From NCBI GenBank assembly GCA_045654565.1, contig JAZONP010000219.1, positions 4,153 through 68,152 on the forward strand: a DNA stretch of 64,000 bases. Direction: 5' to 3'. The translations under genes and the position numbers were made by a program. The notes under the pieces are model-generated. The model searched no databases and was not told the DNA's origin. It worked only from the letters and a program-made list of their open reading frames with translations. Within the stretch, counting starts at the first letter, position 1. Every line of letters starts with the position of its first letter. This DNA is from Bacteroidaceae bacterium. GTDB taxonomy: Bacteria; Bacteroidota; Bacteroidia; Bacteroidales; Bacteroidaceae. Positions 1 through 8,741 of the stretch are shown here, piece by piece.

Positions 1-374
1 AAGCGCTTGAAAGGGAACGAGAGTTCGTCGCGGTGAGCCACCACGTAGCGAGCAAAGGGCACGGTGAGGTCATAACGGAGTCCCTTTTCACACACCTTGG
101 CAGCAAGCTTCAGTGCATTGCGCTCGAGAAGTTCCTCATCGGGCACCTTACCAAAGCAGTCGCCCGAGTTGAGAATCTTAAAGAGGAGTTTATCTCCCTC
201 CTCGCCATACTTGCCCATGAGCGTAGAGAAATTCTCCATCGCAGGGGTTTCGATGGGTTGGAATCCGAAGGTGTAGAACACCTCACGGATGGTGTCAAAT
301 ATATAGTTACGCTTCGCCATCTCTGCAGGCGAGAAGTCACGTGTACCTTTAGGTATACCGGGTTTTGCTGCCAT
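1..374 (-). CDS. hisS: histidine--tRNA ligase, N-terminal part (gene continues beyond window start)
   Basis: Absent from the ORF track because it runs off the window edge. Minus-strand translation from ATG (372-374) reads [72 protein letters not shown]...[27 protein letters not shown]. This is the conserved class II HisRS N-terminus seen in Bacteroidetes. The + ORF 33-410 is its antisense shadow. Confidence 0.9.
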   Translation of the reverse strand, partial: MAAKPGIPKGTRDFSPAEMAKRNYIFDTIREVFYTFGFQPIETPAMENFSTLMGKYGEEGDKLLFKILNSGDCFGKVPDEELLERNALKLAAKVCEKGLRYDLTVPFARYVVAHRDELSFPFKR

Positions 375-583
375 ACTATTTTCCTATTTTGTAATCGAGT
401 ACAAAATTAGGAAAAATAATTGATAATTGACAATTAAATGTATAGGAGATAATATAGCAGTTGTTCAATAACACTAAAATCTCAGCGATAGCATCATTGC
501 TTTCAGCGACCTAAAGGTTGTCTCGATTTGCTCGAAATGACACGAGACGTTTTGGACAACATCTATATTATATGCATAAGTCT

Positions 584-622
584 GCTAAAACAAAAGGTCG
601 CGCCCGAAAGGACGCGACCTTT
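584..622 (-). terminator. rho-independent terminator downstream of the 716-4519 gene
   Basis: 10-bp GC-rich stem AAAGGTCGCG (593-602) / CGCGACCTTT (613-622). On the minus strand it is followed by TTTTGTTTT. Confidence 0.7.
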
Positions 623-630
623 AATATATT

Positions 631-702
631 CTGTCATTTTGAACGAAGTGAAAAATCTCGCAGAGTATTGCGCGGGATCCCTCATTTCACTCGGGATGAC
701 AG
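631..702. repeat. REP-like imperfect inverted repeat; a third related copy lies at 519-541
   Basis: CTGTCATTTTGAACGAAGTGAAAAATC (631-657) faces GATCCCTCATTTCACTCGGGATGACAG (676-702). GTCTCGATTTGCTCGAAATGACA at 519-541 is a further copy of the same GTCAT...GA..GAA word family. Translating these elements produces the spurious ORF 'MSRFARNDT...'. Confidence 0.5.
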
Positions 703-715
703 GAGTGCTGTTCTT

Positions 716-3700
716 TTACTTAACAAGCACCTTCTTACCGTTTACGATGTAGAGACCAGGAGCGGTGATAGCATCAATGCGGCGACCGAAGAGGTCGAAG
801 ATGCCCTGCACGGCAGGAGCAGCCACCTCGATGTTCTCAACACCCAAGAAGGGATTGTACTCGCTCTGAACATCACTCTTCTTCACGAGTTCGAGTGACC
901 AGTCGTCAGCACCCATCCAAGTACCAGTGAAGCTCTTGCCGCTCAATGCGCCGTCAGCTGTGATACCGATAGTGATCACGTGGTTAGTAACCTCGATATT
1001 CTCGATTGTATGCCATGACCAACCATAACCTTCACCATAGAGAGTAGCGTCGGTAGGACGAGCCATGAAGTAGGGATAGAGCTCAGCAAGGTCAACATCA
1101 TCTGCAGAAGGCTTACCATCAGCTTCCCACTGGAGACTATCAGCTTCCCAGATTTCACCACGCCATGCGCCATAGTTCTTAACATCGGCCCACTGAGTAG
1201 AAGCATCAGCAATTTCAGAAGCAGTAGCAGCGAATACACATACACCGTCACCATCGGTACGAGCAGCTACAGTGAGCTTGTATGTACCATCAGGTATACC
1301 ACCGATTTGCTGGTAGAACGTAGAGTTCATGGTGCCTGCTGTACCATTCCATGCATCCAAGTATGAGTTGGCAGCTACACCCTCGTAGTGCTCACCCTTA
1401 TTGGTTCCGCAGTTAGTCGCCTTGTTCTTCACGATAGTCCATCCTGCGAGATCCTCACCTTCAACGGTAGCAATGGTAGGATTAACGATCAAGTAAGTTA
1501 CGTCACCCTCTTCGATCTCCTTACCGAAGTTAACAGTACCCTTCAAGATATCGATAGCCTTCTGCAAGTCAGCTCTCAGTTCGTCACACTTCTCAACAGT
1601 TACGAGAGAAGCATTCAACTTAGCAAGCTGAGCAGCGATAATTTCATCCTTCAGATAGTTAACATAAGCCTCTGCATAGCTGCCACTCTTCATCTCATTC
1701 TCAGCATCGCGCAATGTAGAAGCGTAGTTAGCATAAGCATGCAACTGCTCATTGAGAGTGGGGAATACCTTGCAAGTGGTGGTGTCAGAAGCCAAGATAG
1801 CGTCTGCCAAAGCAATAGTAGCATCAGCGAAGCTGTATACCATCTCGCAGCCATCATAAGCGTCGTACAAGCGGATGGTGTCGAGCTTAGCATAGTAACC
1901 ACCATAGAAGTTCTTACTTGCTACGATAGTGCTATCCCAAACTTCGAGAGTAGCGCTCAACAGGCCGCAAGCCTCTGCATAGTTACCAGCATCTGCTACT
2001 GAGGTAGCCTCAGCCAAAGAAGCGACAACATCTTTCTCCTCGCTGGGGAGCAATACCTCTACAGCCTCCTGAGCCTCAGCCTTCAAGCTTTCCCAAGCGC
2101 CCTGCAGGTGCTCGTTTGAAGCGGGACCATGATAGTAGAGTTTGAAGTTTGTAGCCTGGAACCAACCCTCAGAGTTGGTACCACCCTGTGAAGCAGCAGC
2201 ACCGATAGTAAGAGTACCATCAACAACTACAGCGAAGTCATTGGTTGTCAAGGTTGTCCATTCGTAGGTATCCCAACCAGTAACGGTCAAATAGTCAGAA
2301 GTTACGGTAGCAGCACCTGTAGCATATACATGCTGGTCGGTTGCATAGTTTGTCTGAGTGATCATCTCAGCACTTACCTTATAGAGACCATTGGGAAGAC
2401 CAGTCAATGTCTGATGAACATCTACTGAAGTGATACCCCAACCCCAGAGATTAACACCCTGACGGTTAGCGCCACCCTCTGCTGAAGGACGACAACCACC
2501 ATTCCACTGGTCAGTACCACCACCAACTACAGACCATGTCCAGTCACCCTTCAACTCGAAGTTAGGATTGGGCACGAAGTAGGTGAAGTCAGCAGCTACA
2601 TCCTCAGTAGCCTCTTGTGACAAATAGTAATCTACGATAGCAGCATCGAACTGAGCCTGCAAAGCCTGCAATGCCTCGTAGGTGTTTATGGGTTCTTCAC
2701 TTTCTTGATCGAAATACGCCTCAGCCTCTTCCAAGAGCTCCCACAATGCATCTGCACCAGGATAACCCAGAGGAATCAACTCATTCTCGATACGTTGAGC
2801 CTGAGCCTTGAGACTAGCGAACAAATCTACAGCCGCCAAAGCCTCTGCCCACATAGCATCAAATGCCAAGATTACAGCATTAATCTCTTCATCAGAGTAA
2901 GCACCCTCTTCAGTATATCCTTCGCCTTCAAGATTGTAGAGATATTCGTCTACCATGAACCATACAGCAGCAGGAATATTTGCCTCGTTTGCATCAAGAT
3001 AATCTCTTGCGACATTCATCTTACCCTGGAGGTTAACAGAGGGGAAGTTACCGTAGTAGAACAACTTGAAGTCGCGGAATGCACACCATGAGCCACCCTT
3101 ATGACCTGCATTGCGCAAGCCGAACTTGAGGTTACCATCCATTACGATAACGGTGAGTGAATTCTCATCATAGTAGTTCACTCCTGTCAATGAGTTCATT
3201 GTGCTGAATGCCAAGTTGGCAGAGGTAAGTCCATCAATCTGACCATTGCCATGAACATTCTCTGTAACGCCCATCTCAGCAGCGGTATACTTATAGAGAG
3301 ACATCAAAGATACCTCGTCGCTGTTAGCATACAACTTGGCTGTGAGGTCTTCGCTACCAGCATTGTATGCATTACCACCGTCATTACCAGCCTCACGATA
3401 GAAGCCCTGAACCTTCACTACATACTTACCATTAGGAATACCTGTGAGCTGTTGGTAGATATCGAAGTCTATATTGTAGAATTCGGCTACGCCCTGTCCG
3501 AAAGCAGGATTGTTACCTGACCAACCCTTGTTGTTGTCACGCAATGCAGCATTGGTCACATATCTTTCAGTTACGTCAAAAGCGATGCTACCATCGGCGA
3601 TAGACATCTCGTACTCATAGACAGCCTGATTCAAAGCATCAATCATTGCCAATGCCTCAGCTGCAGAAAGAAGCTCTTCGTTGTAAGCATCTTCGGCTTC

Positions 3701-4519
3701 ACCAACAGCATCATACAAAGCATCGGTGTCGTCATGGTTGTCAGCCATTTCCAATACCTCATCGATCTTCACAATGAGTTTCTCGTAAGCTGCAACACAA
3801 GCTTCAGCCTCGGCAGCCTGCGCCTTCATTGTGTTCCACAAAGCCTCAGCATCTGCGAAAGTCTCCACAGTCTCGATAGCTGCGAAAGACTCATTGATAG
3901 CATCTCTCAATTCTGCATCCATCTGGTTCTCGATAACGAGCTCCAAGCTTTCCTTCAAAAGATTCATCTCGTCCTTTGCGAACCAAGTCTTAGCCTCGTC
4001 TTCAGACTCAGACAAATACTGGGTAAGGCGGATGTTATCCCAAGCAGTCCAGTTAATGTTACAAGATGTGATGCGGTAGCCAATAGTCAACTTACCGTCG
4101 GTAACAACTGTAGCAACAACATACTCAGTAGGAGGATTAGTGTTGGTTGTTGTCACGGGAACCTCATCAGAGTTGGCATAGATTACAACACCTGAGGGAA
4201 CCACTGAGCCGTCGCTCTGCTTAATAGCATGGGCAAGAACTCTAACAGAGTAAACGCCATTGGGAACCTCAATCGTCTGTGACCATTCACGATTACCAAG
4301 ATTCTCATTTGAAGGAACCCACTCCTCCATAAAACTGGTGCCGCTGTAACCATAGTTTGCTGCAGTACCAGCAATCTTCACACCTCCGGTGGTAGTCCAA
4401 CCATCAGTGCCACTCTCGAAGTCAGGATTGGTCAACAGACTTGTAACGTCTGTACCATACTGAGCCTTCACAGTCAGAGCCATAATAAAGCTCATCGCCA
4501 ATAAAGTAATTTTCTTCAT
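716..4519 (-). CDS. large secreted repeat protein: four CBM4_9-like beta-sandwich modules separated by acidic helical linkers, with a T9SS C-terminal sorting domain
   Basis: Signal peptide MKKITLLAMSFIMALTVKAQ. Four modules open with N(P)xFE..GW-type motifs (NPDFESGTDGW, NNKGWSGNN, NPNFELKGDW, LAGWTIV). Each contains a G(I/L)PNG.Y.V strand. The C-terminus GIFDLFGRRIDAITAPGLYIVNGKKVLVK matches the T9SS CTD pattern. No catalytic motif was recognised. Confidence 0.7.
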   Translation of the reverse strand: MKKITLLAMSFIMALTVKAQYGTDVTSLLTNPDFESGTDGWTTTGGVKIAGTAANYGYSGTSFMEEWVPSNENLGNREWSQTIEVPNGVYSVRVLAHAIKQSDGSVVPSGVVIYANSDEVPVTTTNTNPPTEYVVATVVTDGKLTIGYRITSCNINWTAWDNIRLTQYLSESEDEAKTWFAKDEMNLLKESLELVIENQMDAELRDAINESFAAIETVETFADAEALWNTMKAQAAEAEACVAAYEKLIVKIDEVLEMADNHDDTDALYDAVGEAEDAYNEELLSAAEALAMIDALNQAVYEYEMSIADGSIAFDVTERYVTNAALRDNNKGWSGNNPAFGQGVAEFYNIDFDIYQQLTGIPNGKYVVKVQGFYREAGNDGGNAYNAGSEDLTAKLYANSDEVSLMSLYKYTAAEMGVTENVHGNGQIDGLTSANLAFSTMNSLTGVNYYDENSLTVIVMDGNLKFGLRNAGHKGGSWCAFRDFKLFYYGNFPSVNLQGKMNVARDYLDANEANIPAAVWFMVDEYLYNLEGEGYTEEGAYSDEEINAVILAFDAMWAEALAAVDLFASLKAQAQRIENELIPLGYPGADALWELLEEAEAYFDQESEEPINTYEALQALQAQFDAAIVDYYLSQEATEDVAADFTYFVPNPNFELKGDWTWSVVGGGTDQWNGGCRPSAEGGANRQGVNLWGWGITSVDVHQTLTGLPNGLYKVSAEMITQTNYATDQHVYATGAATVTSDYLTVTGWDTYEWTTLTTNDFAVVVDGTLTIGAAASQGGTNSEGWFQATNFKLYYHGPASNEHLQGAWESLKAEAQEAVEVLLPSEEKDVVASLAEATSVADAGNYAEACGLLSATLEVWDSTIVASKNFYGGYYAKLDTIRLYDAYDGCEMVYSFADATIALADAILASDTTTCKVFPTLNEQLHAYANYASTLRDAENEMKSGSYAEAYVNYLKDEIIAAQLAKLNASLVTVEKCDELRADLQKAIDILKGTVNFGKEIEEGDVTYLIVNPTIATVEGEDLAGWTIVKNKATNCGTNKGEHYEGVAANSYLDAWNGTAGTMNSTFYQQIGGIPDGTYKLTVAARTDGDGVCVFAATASEIADASTQWADVKNYGAWRGEIWEADSLQWEADGKPSADDVDLAELYPYFMARPTDATLYGEGYGWSWHTIENIEVTNHVITIGITADGALSGKSFTGTWMGADDWSLELVKKSDVQSEYNPFLGVENIEVAAPAVQGIFDLFGRRIDAITAPGLYIVNGKKVLVK

Positions 4520-4597
4520 GGTTTTGTGTTTTAAAATTGTTAGTAAAAAAGTTAATTAAAATGTATTTATTTTATCATTAGTATTTGTCTTAAGAGT

Positions 4598-5278
4598 TCA
4601 ATCTCTGCGTCCCAAATATATCATCACGTAATATACCAGCGTGGCCAGTGAACTGAGGGCCGCCACCACGTAAGTATAGGCAGCCGAGCGCAGAGCGCTC
4701 TCGGCATCACGATGATTATACGATGAGGTGATACCCGAACGGTCGAGCCATGCGAGTGCACGCTGACTGGCATTAACCTCTACGGGAAGAGTAATGAAGC
4801 TAAACAGAGTGGTCATAGCAAACAAGCCGATGCCGAACAATAAGATACCCGGAAAACTCTCCACCATAATGATACCTGCAAGCAGTATCCACGACACCCA
4901 CTTGGAGGCGAACGATACGACAGGCACAAGAGCAGAGCGCATCTTCAAGGGACCATAGGCAGTAGCATGCTGCACGGCATGGCCACACTCGTGAGCTGCC
5001 ACGGCAGCTGCCGCGACGCTGCACGTCTCATACACGTCGCGACTGAGGTTGACGGTATGATCCGCAGGATTGTAGTGATCGGTCAAATGCCCCTCGATGC
5101 AGGTAACCCTAACATCGTAAATACCATTGTCGCGCAGCATCTTCTCGGCCACATCGCGGCCAGTCATGCCTCCACCGACAGGTATCTTGGAGAATTTCTC
5201 GAACTTGCGGTTCAAGTTGGCCTGTACAATCCAGCTGAGCAGGGTGATACCGATGAAGATTATCCAAATAGGGTTCAT
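4598..5278 (-). CDS. membrane zinc metallopeptidase (YugP/Zn_peptidase_2-like)
   Basis: 226 aa with an N-terminal TM helix, an HECGHA zinc-binding motif and C-terminal TM helices. This layout is typical of the putative neutral zinc metallopeptidase family. Confidence 0.75.
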   Translation of the reverse strand: MNPIWIIFIGITLLSWIVQANLNRKFEKFSKIPVGGGMTGRDVAEKMLRDNGIYDVRVTCIEGHLTDHYNPADHTVNLSRDVYETCSVAAAAVAAHECGHAVQHATAYGPLKMRSALVPVVSFASKWVSWILLAGIIMVESFPGILLFGIGLFAMTTLFSFITLPVEVNASQRALAWLDRSGITSSYNHRDAESALRSAAYTYVVAALSSLATLVYYVMIYLGRRD

Positions 5279-5346
5279 TGTCTCTCTATTCCTTATATAT
5301 ATACTATCCGTTTTTTATAGTCCGTCGTTCCGCGTCACTTGTTAGT

Positions 5347-5460
5347 GATGAGCATCTCGCTAACTACCGAGCTATACATCGCTAACTACCGATGAGCATC
5401 TCGCTAACTACCGAGCCAAACATCGCTAACTACCGATGAGTGTCGCGGTAGTTACCGCGG
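5347..5460. repeat. phased tandem repeat (44-bp unit x2, 22-bp sub-period) ending in an inverted copy that forms a hairpin
   Basis: GCTAACTACCGA occurs at 5359, 5381, 5403 and 5425, spaced exactly 22 bp apart. The inverted CGGTAGTTA at 5446-5454 pairs with TAACTACCG at 5427-5435. The array lies between the purA stop (5463-5465) and the Zn-peptidase start (5278). Confidence 0.85.
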
Positions 5461-5462
5461 AA

Positions 5463-6731
5463 TCAATCATTATAACGCTCGATGGTCTGATCACGGTCAG
5501 GACCCACAGAAACGATCTTGATGGGACACTCCAGTTCTTCCTCAAGGAAGGTAATATAGTTGTTGAACTCCTCGGGGAATTCCTCCTCAGAAGTCATCTT
5601 GGTCATATCGCACTGCCAGCCGGGAAGCTCTGCGTAGATGGGCTCTACCTCGCCCTCAATGGAATAGGGGAACTCCTCGGTCTCTACGCCATTGATGCGC
5701 TAAGCCACGCAAGCCTTGATGGTCTCGAAGGTGTCGAGCTCGTCGCCCTTCATCATGATGAGGTGCGTGACACCATTAATCATAATTGAATATTTCAACG
5801 CTACGAGGTCAATCCATCCGCAACGACGCTTACGGCCAGTTACCGAACCAAACTCGTGACCGATGGTGCAGAGCTTGTCGCCAGTCTCGTCGAAGAGTTC
5901 AGTGGGGAAGGGGCCGCTACCTACTCGTGTGCAGTAGGCCTTCATGATACCATATACGTTACCAATCTTGTTGGGGGCAATACCTAAGCCAGAGCAAGCA
6001 CCTGAGCAGATGGTATTTGAAGAGGTCACGAAGGGATACGAACCGAAGTCGATGTCGAGCATGGTGCCCTGAGCACCTTCGCAGAGAACGCTCTTCTCGG
6101 CTTTGAGCAGATTGTTGATCTCGTGTTCACTATCTACCAAGGGGAACTGGCGGAGGTACTCGATACCAGCCATCCACTCCTTTTCAATCTCAGTGATGTC
6201 GTATTCATAGTTCATGCTCTTGAGGATTTCCTCATGGCGTGCCTTAGCCTTTGCATAGATGGCGGGAAAATCACCGAGAATGTCACCTACACGAAGACCA
6301 TTACGGCTAATCTTGTCGGTATAGGTGGGGCCGATACCCTTACCTGTAGTACCTACCTTGGCATCACCCTTGGCTGCCTCGTAAGCAGCGTCGAGAGCAC
6401 GGTGAGTAGGCATGATGAGGTGTGCCTTCTTGGAGATATGCAGACGTTCCTTCAAGGGGTGGCCCGATGCCTCGAGGGCTTCAGCCTCAGCTTTGAAGAG
6501 TGCAGGATCAAGTACTACACCATTACCAATGATATTCACCTTATCACCCTGGAAGATTCCCGAGGGGATAGAGCGGAGCACATACTTCTGTCCTTCAAAC
6601 TCAAGAGTGTGACCCGCATTGGGACCGCCCTGAAAACGGGCTACCACATCATAGCGCGGAGTGAGCACGTCAACGACCTTACCTTTTCCTTCATCGCCCC
6701 ATTGGAGGCCTAACAATACATCTACTTTCAT
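5463..6731 (-). pseudogene. purA: adenylosuccinate synthetase interrupted by a single in-frame TAG (5700-5702)
   Basis: N-terminus MKVDVLLGLQWGDEGKGKVVDVL (P-loop) and full-length PurA-like sequence. The track ORF stops at ...ETIKACVA*. The same frame then continues without further lesions as RINGVETEEFPYSIEGEVEPIYAELPGWQCDMTKMTSEEEFPEEFNNYITFLEEELECPIKIVSVGPDRDQTIERYND* to TGA at 5463-5465. 5463-6731 is 1269 nt, or 423 codons, so the frame is preserved. Confidence 0.85.
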
Positions 6732-6738
6732 GATTATA

Positions 6739-7242
6739 TTATTTGTTGTTTCTTTGTTCTCTTAGCTTCTTCTCCCTATTCTCTCTACGGCGCTTGACAG
6801 CCATACACTTGGAACACATACCATACATATACAACGAGGTATGAGCAATGGAGAAGCCTTTACTGTGGGCATTCTCAATCACCCGACGCAACTTCTCGTC
6901 GCGCACCTCGGTGACGCTGCCACATGACATACAGATACGATGAAAGTGAGTAGTCATATTGAATGACTTCTCATACTGAGAGCTATTGTCAAACTTGTGA
7001 CGGATTACCAAATGGGCATCAGTGAGCAGTTCCATGGTGTTGTAGAGTGTGGCGCGGCTCACGTGAAACTTACTTGCATTCATCATGTCCATCAACTCCT
7101 CCATGGTAAAATGTCCCTCTATGGAATATATAGCATCAAGGATAGCAAAACGCTCTTGCGTCTTGCGTAAACCCTTGTTCTGCAGATATTGCTCGAAGGT
7201 ACAACGTACCGTTTCCTTCACCTTATCCTCCATAGTACACAT
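6739..7242 (-). CDS. fur: Fur-family metal-responsive transcriptional regulator
   Basis: Winged-helix region RKTQERFAILDAIYSIEGHFTMEELMD, then the Cys motifs HFHRICMSCGSV and MYGMCSKC. The track ORF begins at a TTG (7284). ATG candidates lie at 7242 (MCTMEDKV) and 7233 (MEDKV). It sits directly upstream of purA on the same strand. Confidence 0.8.
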   Translation of the reverse strand: MCTMEDKVKETVRCTFEQYLQNKGLRKTQERFAILDAIYSIEGHFTMEELMDMMNASKFHVSRATLYNTMELLTDAHLVIRHKFDNSSQYEKSFNMTTHFHRICMSCGSVTEVRDEKLRRVIENAHSKGFSIAHTSLYMYGMCSKCMAVKRRRENREKKLREQRNNK

Positions 7243-7279
7243 AAAGTAGCAAGCAAAGGTAAATAATAAATTTGAATAT

Positions 7280-7307
7280 CTCAATAATTTGTACGATAAT
7301 TATTGAG
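7280..7307. promoter_or_regulatory. AT-rich palindrome upstream of fur (possible Fur-box-like operator)
   Basis: CTCAATAATT-N8-AATTATTGAG is a perfect 10-bp inverted repeat about 40-65 bp upstream of the fur ATG. It contains GATAATTATT, which resembles Fur-box half sites. Confidence 0.35.
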
Positions 7308-7320
7308 TTTTACAGTGTTT

Positions 7321-7375
7321 AGCAGAAAAGAGAATTGGGCCTACCCTCTACACATAGAGGAAAGGCCCAATTCTC
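7321..7375 (-). terminator. rho-independent terminator after the lipocalin-like gene
   Basis: 13-bp stem GAGAATTGGGCCT (7330-7342) / AGGCCCAATTCTC (7363-7375) with an inner CCTCTA/TAGAGG stem. On the minus strand it is followed by TTTTCTGCT. Confidence 0.7.
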
Positions 7376-7421
7376 CTAAGGAATATACCTGTTCAGTTCC
7401 GAGAATATACCCGCAAAATCG

Positions 7422-7877
7422 CTACTTGCGCACAGCCTCGACAATCTCGGTGGGGACCTCCGTTACACGCACAAACTTCTGTACGTATGAGGCATCATCC
7501 TTGGCAGTCCAGGTCATAGACTTTTCGTAAAGGTCGGTAATGACATACTCATGCCCCCAAGCGCCGAGATCATAATCATAGGTACCACTGATAACATCGC
7601 CTGCACGCCAATCATACTCCAGCGCATACTTGCCAGTGAAAAGCACAGGATACATAGAAGCGGTATTCTCATAGATCTCGTAGGTGTATCCACGGTCAAT
7701 CACGAGGTATACATAAGCATTATCGGCAAGCTTAGCGCCATTCAGCTCGGCCAACATCCAAGTACCCTCAATAGTATAGGGCTTCACCTCCAGAGTTTCG
7801 GGAGTCTCGATAGTTTCGTCACATGCCACAAATAGAGCCACAGCAAGCAGCATCAGCAAGTTGGTTATCTTCTTCAT
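7422..7877 (-). CDS. small lipoprotein, lipocalin-like domain
   Basis: Lipobox ...LFVAC. The 151-aa beta-rich sequence has repeated W/Y-containing strands. The family call is weak. Confidence 0.5.
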   Translation of the reverse strand: MKKITNLLMLLAVALFVACDETIETPETLEVKPYTIEGTWMLAELNGAKLADNAYVYLVIDRGYTYEIYENTASMYPVLFTGKYALEYDWRAGDVISGTYDYDLGAWGHEYVITDLYEKSMTWTAKDDASYVQKFVRVTEVPTEIVEAVRK

Positions 7878-7903
7878 ATCTTTAGTTATGTTTCTTATTT
7901 CTA

Positions 7904-8698
7904 TTATCGTTCGATTACAATTTGCAATGTACGTTCAGAAGGCTTTCCCCCTACCCCTTCGACTATCAGTGGCACCTGGATTGTTCCATCCTTTCGGGGC
8001 AGCTTGTCCACATCAATGGTAATGAACAGGTCTGCCTCTTCGCCCGGAGCGATCACTGCCGGATCGGTATGCAGCGAAGCATACGAGGGGAGTATGCGAG
8101 AGGTCAGTTTCAAGGGCTTCGTTCCGCTATTGGCACAGAGAACGCGCATCGTGGTCTTACCTCCTGCGGGTAGCTCAGCGAAATGTACCTCCTTGCGTTT
8201 CAAACGAAGTGTACCCATCATATAGGGCAGATGACGCCACTGATCGCTATCAAGCACCTCACCATAGAACGAGAGACGCGCCATGGGTTGGCGGTCGCAA
8301 CCCTCGATGTAGACAAAGCCATCCACATCGATAGTACCTGGACGATTCTTGGGATTATAGGTTAAGGTTATCATCACCTCCCCACCAGGGGCAACAAGTG
8401 TACTATCATAGGACGCTGCCGTACAACCACACGTTGTGCGTACCCTCTTGATGCGCAGAGGCTCTCCACTCACGTTGCGCAGTCGGAAGGTGTGAGACAC
8501 GGGGCTATCAGTCTCAGACAACTTGCCCAAGTCATAGGACGGGACATCGGCAAGCAACGTCTTTGCAGCCTCGGCGTGCAGCGTAGGGTTCATAATGGAG
8601 TCAATCTGTGCACGTGTGAGATTACTCATTGACACTTGGGCACCAGCGGTAACTACACACCATAGCATACAAGACAATATGTAGACTCTACGCAACAC
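7904..8698 (-). CDS. DUF1573 domain protein (two Ig-like repeats), exported
   Basis: Hallmark motif HTFRLRNVSGEPLRIKRVRTTCGCTAA (F.N.G..PL.I..V...CGCT). A GTG start gives a proper signal peptide, MLRRVYILSCMLWCVVTAGAQ. Confidence 0.7.
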   Translation of the reverse strand: MLRRVYILSCMLWCVVTAGAQVSMSNLTRAQIDSIMNPTLHAEAAKTLLADVPSYDLGKLSETDSPVSHTFRLRNVSGEPLRIKRVRTTCGCTAASYDSTLVAPGGEVMITLTYNPKNRPGTIDVDGFVYIEGCDRQPMARLSFYGEVLDSDQWRHLPYMMGTLRLKRKEVHFAELPAGGKTTMRVLCANSGTKPLKLTSRILPSYASLHTDPAVIAPGEEADLFITIDVDKLPRKDGTIQVPLIVEGVGGKPSERTLQIVIER

Positions 8699-8741
8699 GA
8701 CTTTTTAAATTATGAATTGTGAATGATGAATTCTGAATAGT

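Noticed and set aside
33-410. 125-aa + strand ORF at the window start
   Set aside because: It is the antisense shadow of the strongly supported hisS N-terminus on the minus strand. It starts with GTG and shows no recognisable motifs.
518-898. 126-aa + strand ORF 'MSRFARNDTRRF...'
   Set aside because: It is a translation of REP-like repeats and the terminator, and it runs antisense into the 3' end of the 1267-aa gene. It starts with TTG. It is a typical spurious repeat-derived ORF.
5347-5460. The tandem 22/44-bp repeats as a CRISPR array
   Set aside because: The 'spacers' are only ~10 bp and are themselves repeated. The array has just two 44-bp units. No cas genes or leader are present.
5700-5702. 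The TAG in purA as evidence for stop-codon reassignment
   Set aside because: TAG clearly terminates other well-supported genes in the window (7422-7424 for the lipocalin-like gene, 23070-23072 for dgt). No other gene shows internal TAGs.
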